Assembly: GCA_038231455.1 (NCBI GenBank)
Contig: JBBRLI010000008.1
Coordinates: 1-64,000, forward strand
Reading direction: 5' to 3'
Source of the DNA: Vulcanimicrobiales bacterium
GTDB lineage: Bacteria > Vulcanimicrobiota > Vulcanimicrobiia > Vulcanimicrobiales > Vulcanimicrobiaceae
DNA length: 64,000 nucleotides
Shown: one piece after another, positions 38,063-47,382 of the stretch
How positions within the stretch are numbered: position 1 is the stretch's first letter
Layout of the letters: the number at the start of each line of letters is the position of its first letter
Program-made: the position numbers and the translations under genes
Notes under the pieces: generated by a model
Databases searched by the model: none
The model's input: the letters and a program-made list of their open reading frames with translations, nothing else
Told to the model about the DNA's origin: nothing

Positions 38063-39471
38063 CCGAGCGTCATCGTTTCCAGTCGCAAGAGGCCACGCGC
38101 GCGCGCGCTGGCAAGATCGACGACGAGGACGAGTGCAATAGCGACGATCACGTAGGCGAGCAATGCGTGATAGTGCAGGAGCTGCTGTTCGCTGAAGATC
38201 GCTTGACCGAGACCACCCGCGCCGACCATGCCGAGAATCGTCGATGCGCGAATATTCCATTCGAACCGGTACAGCGCGTGAGCGGCGATCGCGGGGAGCG
38301 CGGCTGGTAAGAAGCCGACCGCGAATGCGGCGCTCGCACGCGCGCCGCCGGCGATGAGGGCTTCGGCCGCGTCGCGATCTCCGAGCTCGACGCTCTCCGC
38401 GATGAGTTTCGCAAGAACGCAGGCGGTGTGCACGACGAGCGCCAGCGCTCCGGCCTTCGGCCCGAGTCCAACGAAGATAATCGCGATGAGACCGAGGGCA
38501 ATCGGCGGGATCGCGCGGCCGACGGCGATTACGCCGCGCGCGATGAGTTCGCTTGCAAGCGACCACGGGCGCCAGCCGGTTCCGCGCATCCAGCCGCGCG
38601 CGATCGGTTGGGCGATCAGCACCGCAATCGGCACGGCGATGAGCACGCCGCCGAGCGTGCCGACGAGCGCGACGATCAGCGATTCCCATAGGCCAAAGGC
38701 CGCGACGCCCAGGAAGTCGCCGCCAAAATCCGGCGGGAGCGCGCCTTCGAAAAAGCGCGCGAGATGCTGCGGCGCGTTGTGAAGCGCGCGCCACGGAGGC
38801 GAATCGGTGAACGCGAACGCCGCGATCCCGCCAAGCACGATCGCGCCGAATGCGCTGAGGGTAAGCCAAGCCGGTGCGCGCGTGCGTAAACGTTCGGCGA
38901 TTGCGTCGACGACGATGACGAGCGCCGCGAGTACCGTCAGAAAAAATCCAAAACCGCGATAGTCGCCGACGGCCAAATCCTGAACGAGGACGCTTCCGAT
39001 CCCGCCCGCGCCGACGACGCCGACGATTACCGATGCACGAATGATGCTCTCGAACGCATACGCACCAAAACTGACGAGCCCCGGCCACGCGTAGGGCACG
39101 ATGCCGATAAGAAACGCCGTGGTCGTCGTCGCTCCGGTCGCGCGCAGCGACTCGGCTCCGTCGCGCCGGACGGCGCCCAGAATCTCCGCGTAGAGTTTCG
39201 CGACGACGGCGGTATAGTGAAGACCCAGGGCCGCGACGCCCGCGATCGGTCCGAGGCCCAGCGCGACGACGGCGATGATGGCGAGGACGAGTTCCGGGAT
39301 CGCACGCACGAATGTCAGCGCCCCGGCAAGAATGCGTCCCGTCCGGCCGCGGCGCGCGAGCACGAGCGCGAGCGGGACGCCGAGGAGCATGGCCAGACTA
39401 AGCGCGCCGCAAGCGATGCCGATCGTTGCGAGGACGGTCTCGCGCAGATACGCGAGCGCTACGGGATTCAT
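38059..39471 (-). CDS. phnE: Duplicated (fused) PhnE/PtxC-type ABC permease
   Basis: Two copies of RAIP..., G.GP.AG..AL..H....AKL.AE and E.(N/I)IRAS.I.G.VGAGG.G. Confidence 0.88.
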   Translation of the reverse strand: MNPVALAYLRETVLATIGIACGALSLAMLLGVPLALVLARRGRTGRILAGALTFVRAIPELVLAIIAVVALGLGPIAGVAALGLHYTAVVAKLYAEILGAVRRDGAESLRATGATTTTAFLIGIVPYAWPGLVSFGAYAFESIIRASVIVGVVGAGGIGSVLVQDLAVGDYRGFGFFLTVLAALVIVVDAIAERLRTRAPAWLTLSAFGAIVLGGIAAFAFTDSPPWRALHNAPQHLARFFEGALPPDFGGDFLGVAAFGLWESLIVALVGTLGGVLIAVPIAVLIAQPIARGWMRGTGWRPWSLASELIARGVIAVGRAIPPIALGLIAIIFVGLGPKAGALALVVHTACVLAKLIAESVELGDRDAAEALIAGGARASAAFAVGFLPAALPAIAAHALYRFEWNIRASTILGMVGAGGLGQAIFSEQQLLHYHALLAYVIVAIALVLVVDLASARARGLLRLETMTLG

Positions 39472-39558
39472 GTCGGGCCAGGTGACGCGTCGCGGCCTTG
39501 AATTCCCCCTTGACCGGCAATGCCGAGGGTTGCCGCAGGCCGATGCGAACAGACGCGC

Positions 39559-42417
39559 ATGCAACGTCGGCTTACCGCACTCGTTCTTCTTTCACTGCTC
39601 CTCACGCCGGCGGGCGCGTTGGCGCAATCCGTGCCCGCTCCGCTCGACTATAAAGCGTACGACGGCTGGACTGCGATCCGGTCGGTTGCCATTGCCGATG
39701 ACGGGACGTCAATCGCGTACGCACTGGTGCCCGAAGACGGCGACTCGACGCTCGTCGTGCGTACGCTTGCGAGCGGCAAGGAGGTGCGCGAACCGCGCGG
39801 ACTCGCGCCGAGTTACACGGGCGACGGGATGTTCGTGATCTACACCGTCGCGCCGCTCAAAGCCGATGTCGACGCGGCGAAAAAAGCGAAGAAGAAGCCC
39901 GAAGATTCGCCGAAGAACGGCGTCGGACTCCTCGACCTTGCGACGGGCACGGCGGTTACGTTCGAGCGCATCAAGGAATTTAAAGTCGCAAAACACGGCG
40001 GCCGATTCGTCGCTTTTCTTGCCGAGCCAAAAAAAGCTGCGCCGGTAAAGACCGACGTACCGACGGGGACGCCGATTCCGAGTCCGACCGGCGCGGCGAG
40101 CGCAAGTCCCACACCCTCGTCTGCTCCGACGCCGGACGCGAAGAAAAAGGACGACGGCGCGGAGTTGACGATCCGCGACTTGCAGACCGCGACCAACGTT
40201 CGTGTTGGGAACGTCGTCGACTTTGCGCTCAGTGCGGACGACGCGTACGTTGCCTACGCGACGCAATCCAAAGACGGCAAAGCCGACGGAATGCACGTCC
40301 GTTCGCTTGCGAACGGCACCGTGCGCGATCTCGGCACGGGCCCCGGCCACTTTAGCAATCTCGCGTTCTCCCCCGAAGGTGCGCAACTCGCTTACTTGAG
40401 CGACGCTGCCACCTTTGCAAACGATTCACCGCGTTACGCGGCGTTTGCCGTGGATGCCGCAGCCGCCGATGCGAAGGTACGCACCGTCGTCGATGCGACG
40501 ACGGCGGGCTTGCCCGGTACGCTCGCGCCGAATTCCAATGGCACGCTCGTCTTTACGAAGGACGGAAAAAAACTGTTCGTCGGCACGGCTGCCGTGCCGA
40601 CGCCGCAACCGCTCGATACGCCCGAACCGGTGGGCGTCGATCTGTGGAGTTATCGCGACGCGCAGCTGCAATCCGTGCAGAAGCACGATGCCGATCTCAT
40701 CGCAAAGCGCACCTTGCGCGGCGTCGTCGATCTCTCGACGGGAGCGTACCTCCAACTCGCGTCTGTCGATATGCGGACCATTCTTGCGAGCGACGAACCG
40801 GGCGATTACGTGCTGGGGATCGATTCGCGCGCGTACGACCGAGCGTCGTCGTGGGCTCCAAATCGGCGCGATGATTATTTCGTATCGCTTGCCGACGGCT
40901 CGCGCCGCCTCGCTTTACGCGGCGTCGCCGAAGACGACCGTCTTTCGCCCGCGGCCAACTACGTCATCGGCTACGACGAAAAGGCGCGCGTCTTCACCAT
41001 CGTCCGCGCCCGCGACGGACATCGCGCAACCGTCGCGCCCCCCAAAGGCGCGGGCTGGTTCGACGAACTCGACGATCATCCGAATCCGCCACCGCCGTAC
41101 GGCATCGGCGGGTGGGTCGCAGGCGATCGCGGCGTCGTGGTTTACGACCGCTACGATATGTGGCTTGCCGATCCCGATACGGGCGCACTCACGAGCCTCA
41201 CGAAGAGCGTCGGCCGCAAAAACCATATCGTCTTTCGCGCGCTGGCGCTCGATCGCAATCGTACGAGTTTTGCGCTCGATGCCCCGCTCGTAGCGACGGC
41301 GTTCGACGAACGCACGAAAGACTCGGGGATCTATTCTGCCGACGTTCGGGGAGCGAGCGCGCCGAAGCGGATCGTCATGCAGCCGCGCGCGATCGGCGTT
41401 CCGCTCAAAGCCAAATCCGCCGAGGTCTACGCGTTCACGTGGCAGAGCTTCGTTGAGACGCCAAACCTGTACGTCTCAGGCTTCGACTTTGCCGCAGCAA
41501 AGAAAATCAGCGACGCGAATCCGCAGCAAGCGCAGTATCGCTGGGGTACCGCACACCTGATTCACTACAAGAGCGCGCTCGGAAAAGCGATGGAGGGCGT
41601 CGCGCTCCTCCCGGATGGCTACGACAAGACTAAGAAATATCCGATGCTCGTGTATTTCTACGAACGCTATAGCGACACGCTCAACGCATACCGTACGCCG
41701 GCACCCGGTACGAGCCCGAATTTCATCCGCTACGTGAGCAACGGCTACGTCGTGCTCTTGCCCGACGTCGCGTATGAAAACGGTCACCCCGGTCGCAGCG
41801 CTTTGCACTGCATTCTTCCGGCGATCGATGCGACGGAGAAACAGTATTCGATCGACGACAAACGCGTTGGGATCGCCGGTCACAGCTGGGCGGCCTACCA
41901 GATCAACTACATGATCACGCAGACGCACCGGTTCCGCGCGGTCGAAGCAGGAGCGGCCGTTGCCAATATGACCAGCGCCTACGGCGGCATCCGTCTCGAG
42001 AGCGGCGTCGTTCGCGAAGGTCAGTACGAGTACGGCCAGAGCCGCATCGGCGCGACCCCATGGGATCGCCCCGATCTGTATCTTGAAAATTCGGGTCTCT
42101 TCCACGTTCAGAACGTGAGGACGCCGTATCTCACGATCCACAACGATGCCGACGATGCCGTGCCGTGGTCGCAGGGCGTCGAGTATTTCACCGCGATGCG
42201 TCGCCTCAACAAACAAGCTTACATGTTCACGTTCAACGGTGAGGTGCACAACCTGCGCGGCCGCGAAGCGCAGAAATACTGGACGGTTCACATGGACGAG
42301 TGGTTCGATCACTTCCTCAAAGGCGCTCCGGAGCCGAGTTGGATGGCGACCGGCGTCGCCTATCCCGACCACGGCAAACGCAACGTACGCGTGCTGTTCG
42401 GAGAAAAGGATCTGTAG
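39559..42417 (+). CDS. Secreted S9 family peptidase (paralog of 11760-14573)
   Basis: Signal peptide, YPMLVYFYE, GHSWAA, DDAV, EVH. Confidence 0.92.
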   Translation: MQRRLTALVLLSLLLTPAGALAQSVPAPLDYKAYDGWTAIRSVAIADDGTSIAYALVPEDGDSTLVVRTLASGKEVREPRGLAPSYTGDGMFVIYTVAPLKADVDAAKKAKKKPEDSPKNGVGLLDLATGTAVTFERIKEFKVAKHGGRFVAFLAEPKKAAPVKTDVPTGTPIPSPTGAASASPTPSSAPTPDAKKKDDGAELTIRDLQTATNVRVGNVVDFALSADDAYVAYATQSKDGKADGMHVRSLANGTVRDLGTGPGHFSNLAFSPEGAQLAYLSDAATFANDSPRYAAFAVDAAAADAKVRTVVDATTAGLPGTLAPNSNGTLVFTKDGKKLFVGTAAVPTPQPLDTPEPVGVDLWSYRDAQLQSVQKHDADLIAKRTLRGVVDLSTGAYLQLASVDMRTILASDEPGDYVLGIDSRAYDRASSWAPNRRDDYFVSLADGSRRLALRGVAEDDRLSPAANYVIGYDEKARVFTIVRARDGHRATVAPPKGAGWFDELDDHPNPPPPYGIGGWVAGDRGVVVYDRYDMWLADPDTGALTSLTKSVGRKNHIVFRALALDRNRTSFALDAPLVATAFDERTKDSGIYSADVRGASAPKRIVMQPRAIGVPLKAKSAEVYAFTWQSFVETPNLYVSGFDFAAAKKISDANPQQAQYRWGTAHLIHYKSALGKAMEGVALLPDGYDKTKKYPMLVYFYERYSDTLNAYRTPAPGTSPNFIRYVSNGYVVLLPDVAYENGHPGRSALHCILPAIDATEKQYSIDDKRVGIAGHSWAAYQINYMITQTHRFRAVEAGAAVANMTSAYGGIRLESGVVREGQYEYGQSRIGATPWDRPDLYLENSGLFHVQNVRTPYLTIHNDADDAVPWSQGVEYFTAMRRLNKQAYMFTFNGEVHNLRGREAQKYWTVHMDEWFDHFLKGAPEPSWMATGVAYPDHGKRNVRVLFGEKDL

Positions 42418-42495
42418 GCAATCTCTTAACGCGGGCGGCACAAACGACGAGCGAGTGAGAGCGGAGCCCACAGCTCGCACTCGAATTGGGGAGCG

Positions 42496-45279
42496 ATGAT
42501 CGCCCGTCGGTTTCTCATCGCTACGCTCGCTCTGCTTGTGACCGCATCGTCGGTTGCCGTTTCCGCCGCGCCGCCGGCCAAAGCACCGGGGCCCGCAGCG
42601 ACGCCGACGCCGGCAGCGACGATGACTCCGATGCCCCCGACGCCCATGCCTTCGACTCCCGCGGCGTCGCCGTCCGTCGGGCCGACGACGGCGCCCGACC
42701 CGGCAGCGACGCCGGCGAGTCTGCCCGGCGCGACGGGCGTCCCCGCAGCCGCAGCTCTCCGGCTGCCGTTCGTGATTCCGACACCGGGTGCGATCGCGTC
42801 GTACGCGACGTTCGTGCGCGGGACCGAGCGTCAGACGGGCTTGATCGATCTGCTGCGCAAAGACGAAGAGATTTTCTTCGACCTCTCGACCGACGCACTC
42901 GATAAGACGTATATTATCGCGCCGTCGCTCGCATCCGGGGTCGGTCCTGGCGCTTTCGCTGGAAAAATTTACGACCCGCTCGTCGTCACGTTCAAGCGCG
43001 TCGGCAAGCGGATTCTTTGGATTCTCCCCAACCCGCACTTCACCGCCGTCGGCGCTGCCGCGCAAGCATCGCTTGCGATCAGCGTTGCGGACTCCGTCTT
43101 TGCAAGTTCGCCGATTCTCGCTGAGGATCCGGAGAAGAAGCACGTCGTCATCGCGCCGACGCTCTTCCTGAGCGACTTCAACGGCATCGGGGCGGATCTC
43201 GGTCGTGGCACGGCCCCCGCGTCGCCCGCCGGCCTCTTCCTCATCGGTCCGCGTCCGGGTTTCGCGCTCGATGCTTCGCGGTCGTATTACACGACGATCA
43301 AAGCGTTTCCGAACAACGACGAAATTACCGCGCAGCTCACGTTTACCGGACCGCAGAACGCGCTCTCGACCGTTCCCGATGGACGCGGCTTTCCGATCCG
43401 CGTGCACTACAGCATCGTTGAGGTCCCCAAACACGATGCAACCTTCGTCCCGCGCTACTCCGACGATCGCGTCGGCTACTTCGTTACCGCACGCAAGACG
43501 TTCGGCGACGATAATCGCGAGTCGACGTTCGAGCGCTTCATCAACCGCTGGAATTTGCGCAACGGCCCGATCACGTTCTATCTGACGAACGAGATTCCGC
43601 AGCAGTACAAACCGACGATCCGCCGCGCGCTGTTGACCTGGAACGATGCGTTCGCAAAGATCGGGTATCCGAATGCGGTCGAAGTTCGCGATCAGCCGAG
43701 CGATCCGAATTGGGATCCCGACGACGCCCGCTACACGAGCGTCCGCTGGATTACGAGCGAACGCTCCGAGTTCTCGGCCTACTCGCCCTCGATCGTCAAC
43801 CCCGGGACGGGGCAAACGCTACGCGGTGAGATCGTGATCGAAGGCGAGTCGCTGCGCGCGATCAAACGCGGGTTCGTCGAAACGGTCGTCCCAACGCGCG
43901 GCGCGCCTTCCGCTCTCGACGGCGACCCCAGCCGCCTTGCCGCCTGCCGGTTTGCCGATGAGTCGCTCGTCCAAGCGTCGATCGGTATGATGGCGCTCTC
44001 GGCGCGCGGCCGCATCACGCCCGCGCAAAAAGAAAAGTTCGCCGAAGACTGGCTCTACTCGGTCGTGCTTCACGAAGCCGGTCACGTCTTCGGTTTACGT
44101 CACAATTTTCAAGGCAGTTCGGCGTTTACGTACGCCCAGCTCCACGATAAGAACTTCACGCGCAAGAACGGCATCTCGGCCTCGGTCATGGATTACAACC
44201 CCGTGAACCTCGCGCGCTCGAGCGAAACGCAAGCAGACTATTTTCAGACGCGTTTAGGAGCTTATGATTTCTGGGCGATCGAATACGGCTACCGGCAATT
44301 CGAGACCGCCCGCACGTCAGCTGCCGAAGTGCCGTATCTTGCGAAGATCGCCAACCGTTCGACCGAACCCGGCCTCGCGTATGGGACGGATGAAGATGCG
44401 ACGCCGCCCTTTGGAAGCGACCCGCGGATCGTCGCATTCGATCTCTCGAGCGATCCGCTGCGATTTGCCGAAGAACAGTTCGATGTCAACGCCGAGCTCG
44501 CGCGCAAGCTCGACCGCTCCGGACGGACGTACGATCAGGAGCGCGCCGCATTTTTGACGATCCTCAACAACGAAGTCGGCGTCTCCGTGCTCGCGACGCG
44601 CTATATCGGGGGTATTTACACGTCGCGGTCGCATCGCGGCCAGCGCGGCGGAAGTCCGCCGTTCGTTTCGATCCCCCGCGCGCAGCAGAAACGTGCCTTC
44701 GATCTGATCGCACGCAACGTGCTTTCATCGAAAGCGTTTCTGTTCTCGCCGCAGTTGCTCAACGATCTGGGATCGTCGCGTTATCTCCATTGGGATGCGG
44801 CGAACCCGTTTCGCCGTACGGACTTTCCGTACTACGAAGTTGTCGCGCAAATTCAAGACCTCGTGATCGACGACATGTTCTCCGTCCCGTCTTTCCAGCG
44901 GATCGCCGATCAGTCGCTCAAGAGCAAGCCCGGTAGTACGATGTCGCTCGCCGATCTCTTCACCTGGACGCAAACCGCCGTCTTCGACGACATCGCGTCG
45001 GCCGGTCGCACGCCGATCACGCCCTCGCACCGCGAGTTGCAGCGTCGTTATGCGGACTTGCTCATGGAGATCGCCGCACTGCCGGCGGGCTTCATGGCGC
45101 AACTGAGCCTCTCGCACGACACGCAAGAGCTCGCGCGTTACGAAATCGCCGACGCCCAGTCACGGATCGCGCGAACCCTTGCCGGCGGCCCGAGCGACAC
45201 GGCAACACGCGCCCACCTCGCCGATCTGAACGTACGCCTGAGTCGCGCCCTCAACGCGACGATGATCCGCCAGATCTAG
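42496..45279 (+). CDS. Secreted zinc-dependent metalloprotease (DUF5117/DUF4953-type)
   Basis: PR..DDRVGYF, FINRWNL, WNDAFAKIG, HEAGHVFGLRHNF, Met-turn SVMDY. Confidence 0.92.
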   Translation: MIARRFLIATLALLVTASSVAVSAAPPAKAPGPAATPTPAATMTPMPPTPMPSTPAASPSVGPTTAPDPAATPASLPGATGVPAAAALRLPFVIPTPGAIASYATFVRGTERQTGLIDLLRKDEEIFFDLSTDALDKTYIIAPSLASGVGPGAFAGKIYDPLVVTFKRVGKRILWILPNPHFTAVGAAAQASLAISVADSVFASSPILAEDPEKKHVVIAPTLFLSDFNGIGADLGRGTAPASPAGLFLIGPRPGFALDASRSYYTTIKAFPNNDEITAQLTFTGPQNALSTVPDGRGFPIRVHYSIVEVPKHDATFVPRYSDDRVGYFVTARKTFGDDNRESTFERFINRWNLRNGPITFYLTNEIPQQYKPTIRRALLTWNDAFAKIGYPNAVEVRDQPSDPNWDPDDARYTSVRWITSERSEFSAYSPSIVNPGTGQTLRGEIVIEGESLRAIKRGFVETVVPTRGAPSALDGDPSRLAACRFADESLVQASIGMMALSARGRITPAQKEKFAEDWLYSVVLHEAGHVFGLRHNFQGSSAFTYAQLHDKNFTRKNGISASVMDYNPVNLARSSETQADYFQTRLGAYDFWAIEYGYRQFETARTSAAEVPYLAKIANRSTEPGLAYGTDEDATPPFGSDPRIVAFDLSSDPLRFAEEQFDVNAELARKLDRSGRTYDQERAAFLTILNNEVGVSVLATRYIGGIYTSRSHRGQRGGSPPFVSIPRAQQKRAFDLIARNVLSSKAFLFSPQLLNDLGSSRYLHWDAANPFRRTDFPYYEVVAQIQDLVIDDMFSVPSFQRIADQSLKSKPGSTMSLADLFTWTQTAVFDDIASAGRTPITPSHRELQRRYADLLMEIAALPAGFMAQLSLSHDTQELARYEIADAQSRIARTLAGGPSDTATRAHLADLNVRLSRALNATMIRQI

Positions 45280-45413
45280 CACGTGTAAGGAAGCCGACGG
45301 CAACTCGGCTCGGTCTCGGCTATGCTTGATGGATGAGCGGCATCGGAGAACTTCTGGTCCAATACGGTACCTTAGCCAAACGCGCCGAAAAGCGCGCCCA
45401 CGGGGGAGCGATC

Positions 45414-46085
45414 GTGGAAAATAAGGTCTGGTATCTCAAGCAAAATCGACTTTTTGCGGACGCAAGCGATGCGGGCATCGAAAATTGCGCGCATCTCTTC
45501 ACGATGCGGGTCGTGCCCAAGAAGACCATGATCTTTGATCAGGGCGATTCGGGGCGCGTCGTGTTTCTCGTGAAAACCGGCACGGTGAAGATCGCGCGCC
45601 TCACGCCCGAAGGCCGCGAAGTGACCGTTGCGATTCTCGGCGGCGGCGACATTTTCGGCGAAGAGACCCTCTTCGATGGCGCCGCGCGAACGACGGTTGC
45701 CGTAACCATGGAAGATGCGCTCGTCTGCACGGCGCGCGCCGACGATCTTTTCAGCTTGCTGGCCCGCAGTCCGCAACTGGCGCTCAACGTCGCGAAGATC
45801 CTGAGCGAGCGGCTCGGCGACGCCTCGGCGACGATGGAAGACCTCGCCTACGCCAAGATCCCCGACCGACTCATGCATCTCTTCCGGCGCCTGGCCGTCG
45901 AACACGGCAATGCGAGTGACGAGGGTGTAACGATCGACGTTCGCCTCACGCATGCGGATATCGCCTCGTTGATCGGGAGTACGCGCGAGACCGTCTCGCT
46001 CGAACTCTCGAACCTGGTGCGCGCCGGGCGGCTACGCCTGTCGGGTAAATCGTTCGTTTTGCCGCGCGAAGAGTTGACCGCCTAA
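45414..46085 (+). CDS. Crp/Fnr family regulator (start probably GTG 45414)
   Basis: IFDQGD, GDIFGE, HTH LTHADIASLIGSTRETVS; GGGGAG RBS. Confidence 0.93.
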   Translation: MENKVWYLKQNRLFADASDAGIENCAHLFTMRVVPKKTMIFDQGDSGRVVFLVKTGTVKIARLTPEGREVTVAILGGGDIFGEETLFDGAARTTVAVTMEDALVCTARADDLFSLLARSPQLALNVAKILSERLGDASATMEDLAYAKIPDRLMHLFRRLAVEHGNASDEGVTIDVRLTHADIASLIGSTRETVSLELSNLVRAGRLRLSGKSFVLPREELTA

Positions 46086-46139
46086 CCCGGAACCATCGCA
46101 AGCACGAGTCCCGTCAAAGGCTCGCTAGCGAAAGGTACC

Positions 46140-47375
46140 ATGTCCACTCCCACCGCTCGGACGCTCGCGGCCACCAGCCACGCAGGCCTCACGTCGCGTC
46201 TTGAAACCTATCTTGACCCCGTCGCTGCCGCTCGGCTTGCGGATGCCGCCGACGTACGCGTGCTCGCGCTCGACGACTGCGCGGCGATCGCGGGCGAACT
46301 TCTCGCCGCACTCGCAAGGCTTGGAGCCGTCGCCGAACGGCGAGGCGCGCGTATCATCGTCGGCGCAACGCACGCCACGCTGCAAGCGTGCGAAACCGCA
46401 ACGACGGGAGCAATTCGCGACGCGGTTCGCGCTCTGCGCGAAGCGCACGAACGTTCCAGCGATCCGGCACCCATGGTGCGGCTGCGCGACCGCGTGCTCG
46501 ACCTGCGGGATGAGGCGCTCGTGATGGGCGTCCTCAACGTCACACCGGATTCGTTTTACGACAACGGCCGCTTTGCGGGCGTCGACCGCGCGCGCGCCCG
46601 TGCCGCAGAGATGGTCGCGCAAGGCGCAGCGCTCATCGACATCGGCGGTCAGAGTTACGCGCACTGGAATCCGCGCATCGCCGCCGATGAAGAGATGCGC
46701 CGCGTGGTCCCGGTTGTCGAGGCGCTCATCGCCGACGGCCTCGATGTCGCACTTTCGATCGACACGTTCAAGGCATCCGTCGCCGATGCCGCGCTTGCGG
46801 CGGGCGCACACCTTATCAATGATTGTAGCGGTCTCTCGGATCCCGATCTTGCCGCGACCGTCGCGCGCTACGATGCGGCGCTCGTCGTCATGCATCTCAA
46901 AGGCGAACTCAACGTGCGTTCGACGGGCGATTATGTCTATGAGGATGCGCTCGCCGAGATCCTCGAATTTCTCGACGAACGATTGCATCGTGCCCGCTCC
47001 GCCGGCGTTGCGGCCGATTCGCTGATCGTCGATCCGGGGCTTGAATTCGGCAAAGAACCCGCCACGGATTTGGAAATTTTGGACCGCTTCGGCGAATTGC
47101 GGGCGCTCGGCGTGCCGATTCTTTTTGCCAGTTCGCGCAAGAGTTTCATCGGCCGCATTTTCAATCGTCCGGCACGCGAGTTGCTCGTCCCCTCGCTTGC
47201 GACAGCCGGTCTTGGGATTGCCGCCGGCGCACGGATGCTGCGCGTTCACGACGTCGCCGAAACCGTGCAACTCGCAAAGATGTATGCCGCCGTCGAACCA
47301 CGTCGCCGCGCCAATTTGGCCGTCGCCGCCGAGATGCCGGAGGCAGGCAACCGAAAAGCCGCACCGGCGGTCTAA
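46140..47375 (+). CDS. folP: Dihydropteroate synthase-like protein with N-terminal extension and divergent loops
   Basis: MGVLNVTPDSF.D.G, SIDT.K, IND.SG, VMH, DPG, SRKSF, LRVHDV. Confidence 0.88.
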   Translation: MSTPTARTLAATSHAGLTSRLETYLDPVAAARLADAADVRVLALDDCAAIAGELLAALARLGAVAERRGARIIVGATHATLQACETATTGAIRDAVRALREAHERSSDPAPMVRLRDRVLDLRDEALVMGVLNVTPDSFYDNGRFAGVDRARARAAEMVAQGAALIDIGGQSYAHWNPRIAADEEMRRVVPVVEALIADGLDVALSIDTFKASVADAALAAGAHLINDCSGLSDPDLAATVARYDAALVVMHLKGELNVRSTGDYVYEDALAEILEFLDERLHRARSAGVAADSLIVDPGLEFGKEPATDLEILDRFGELRALGVPILFASSRKSFIGRIFNRPARELLVPSLATAGLGIAAGARMLRVHDVAETVQLAKMYAAVEPRRRANLAVAAEMPEAGNRKAAPAV

Positions 47376-47382
47376 GCGCTAT

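Noticed and set aside
41476-43815. 779-aa minus-strand ORF and similar long shadows (12153-13553, 26198-27643, 35093-36325, 37553-39088, 47557-48879)
   Set aside because: Antisense or off-frame to well-supported genes; expected in high-GC DNA
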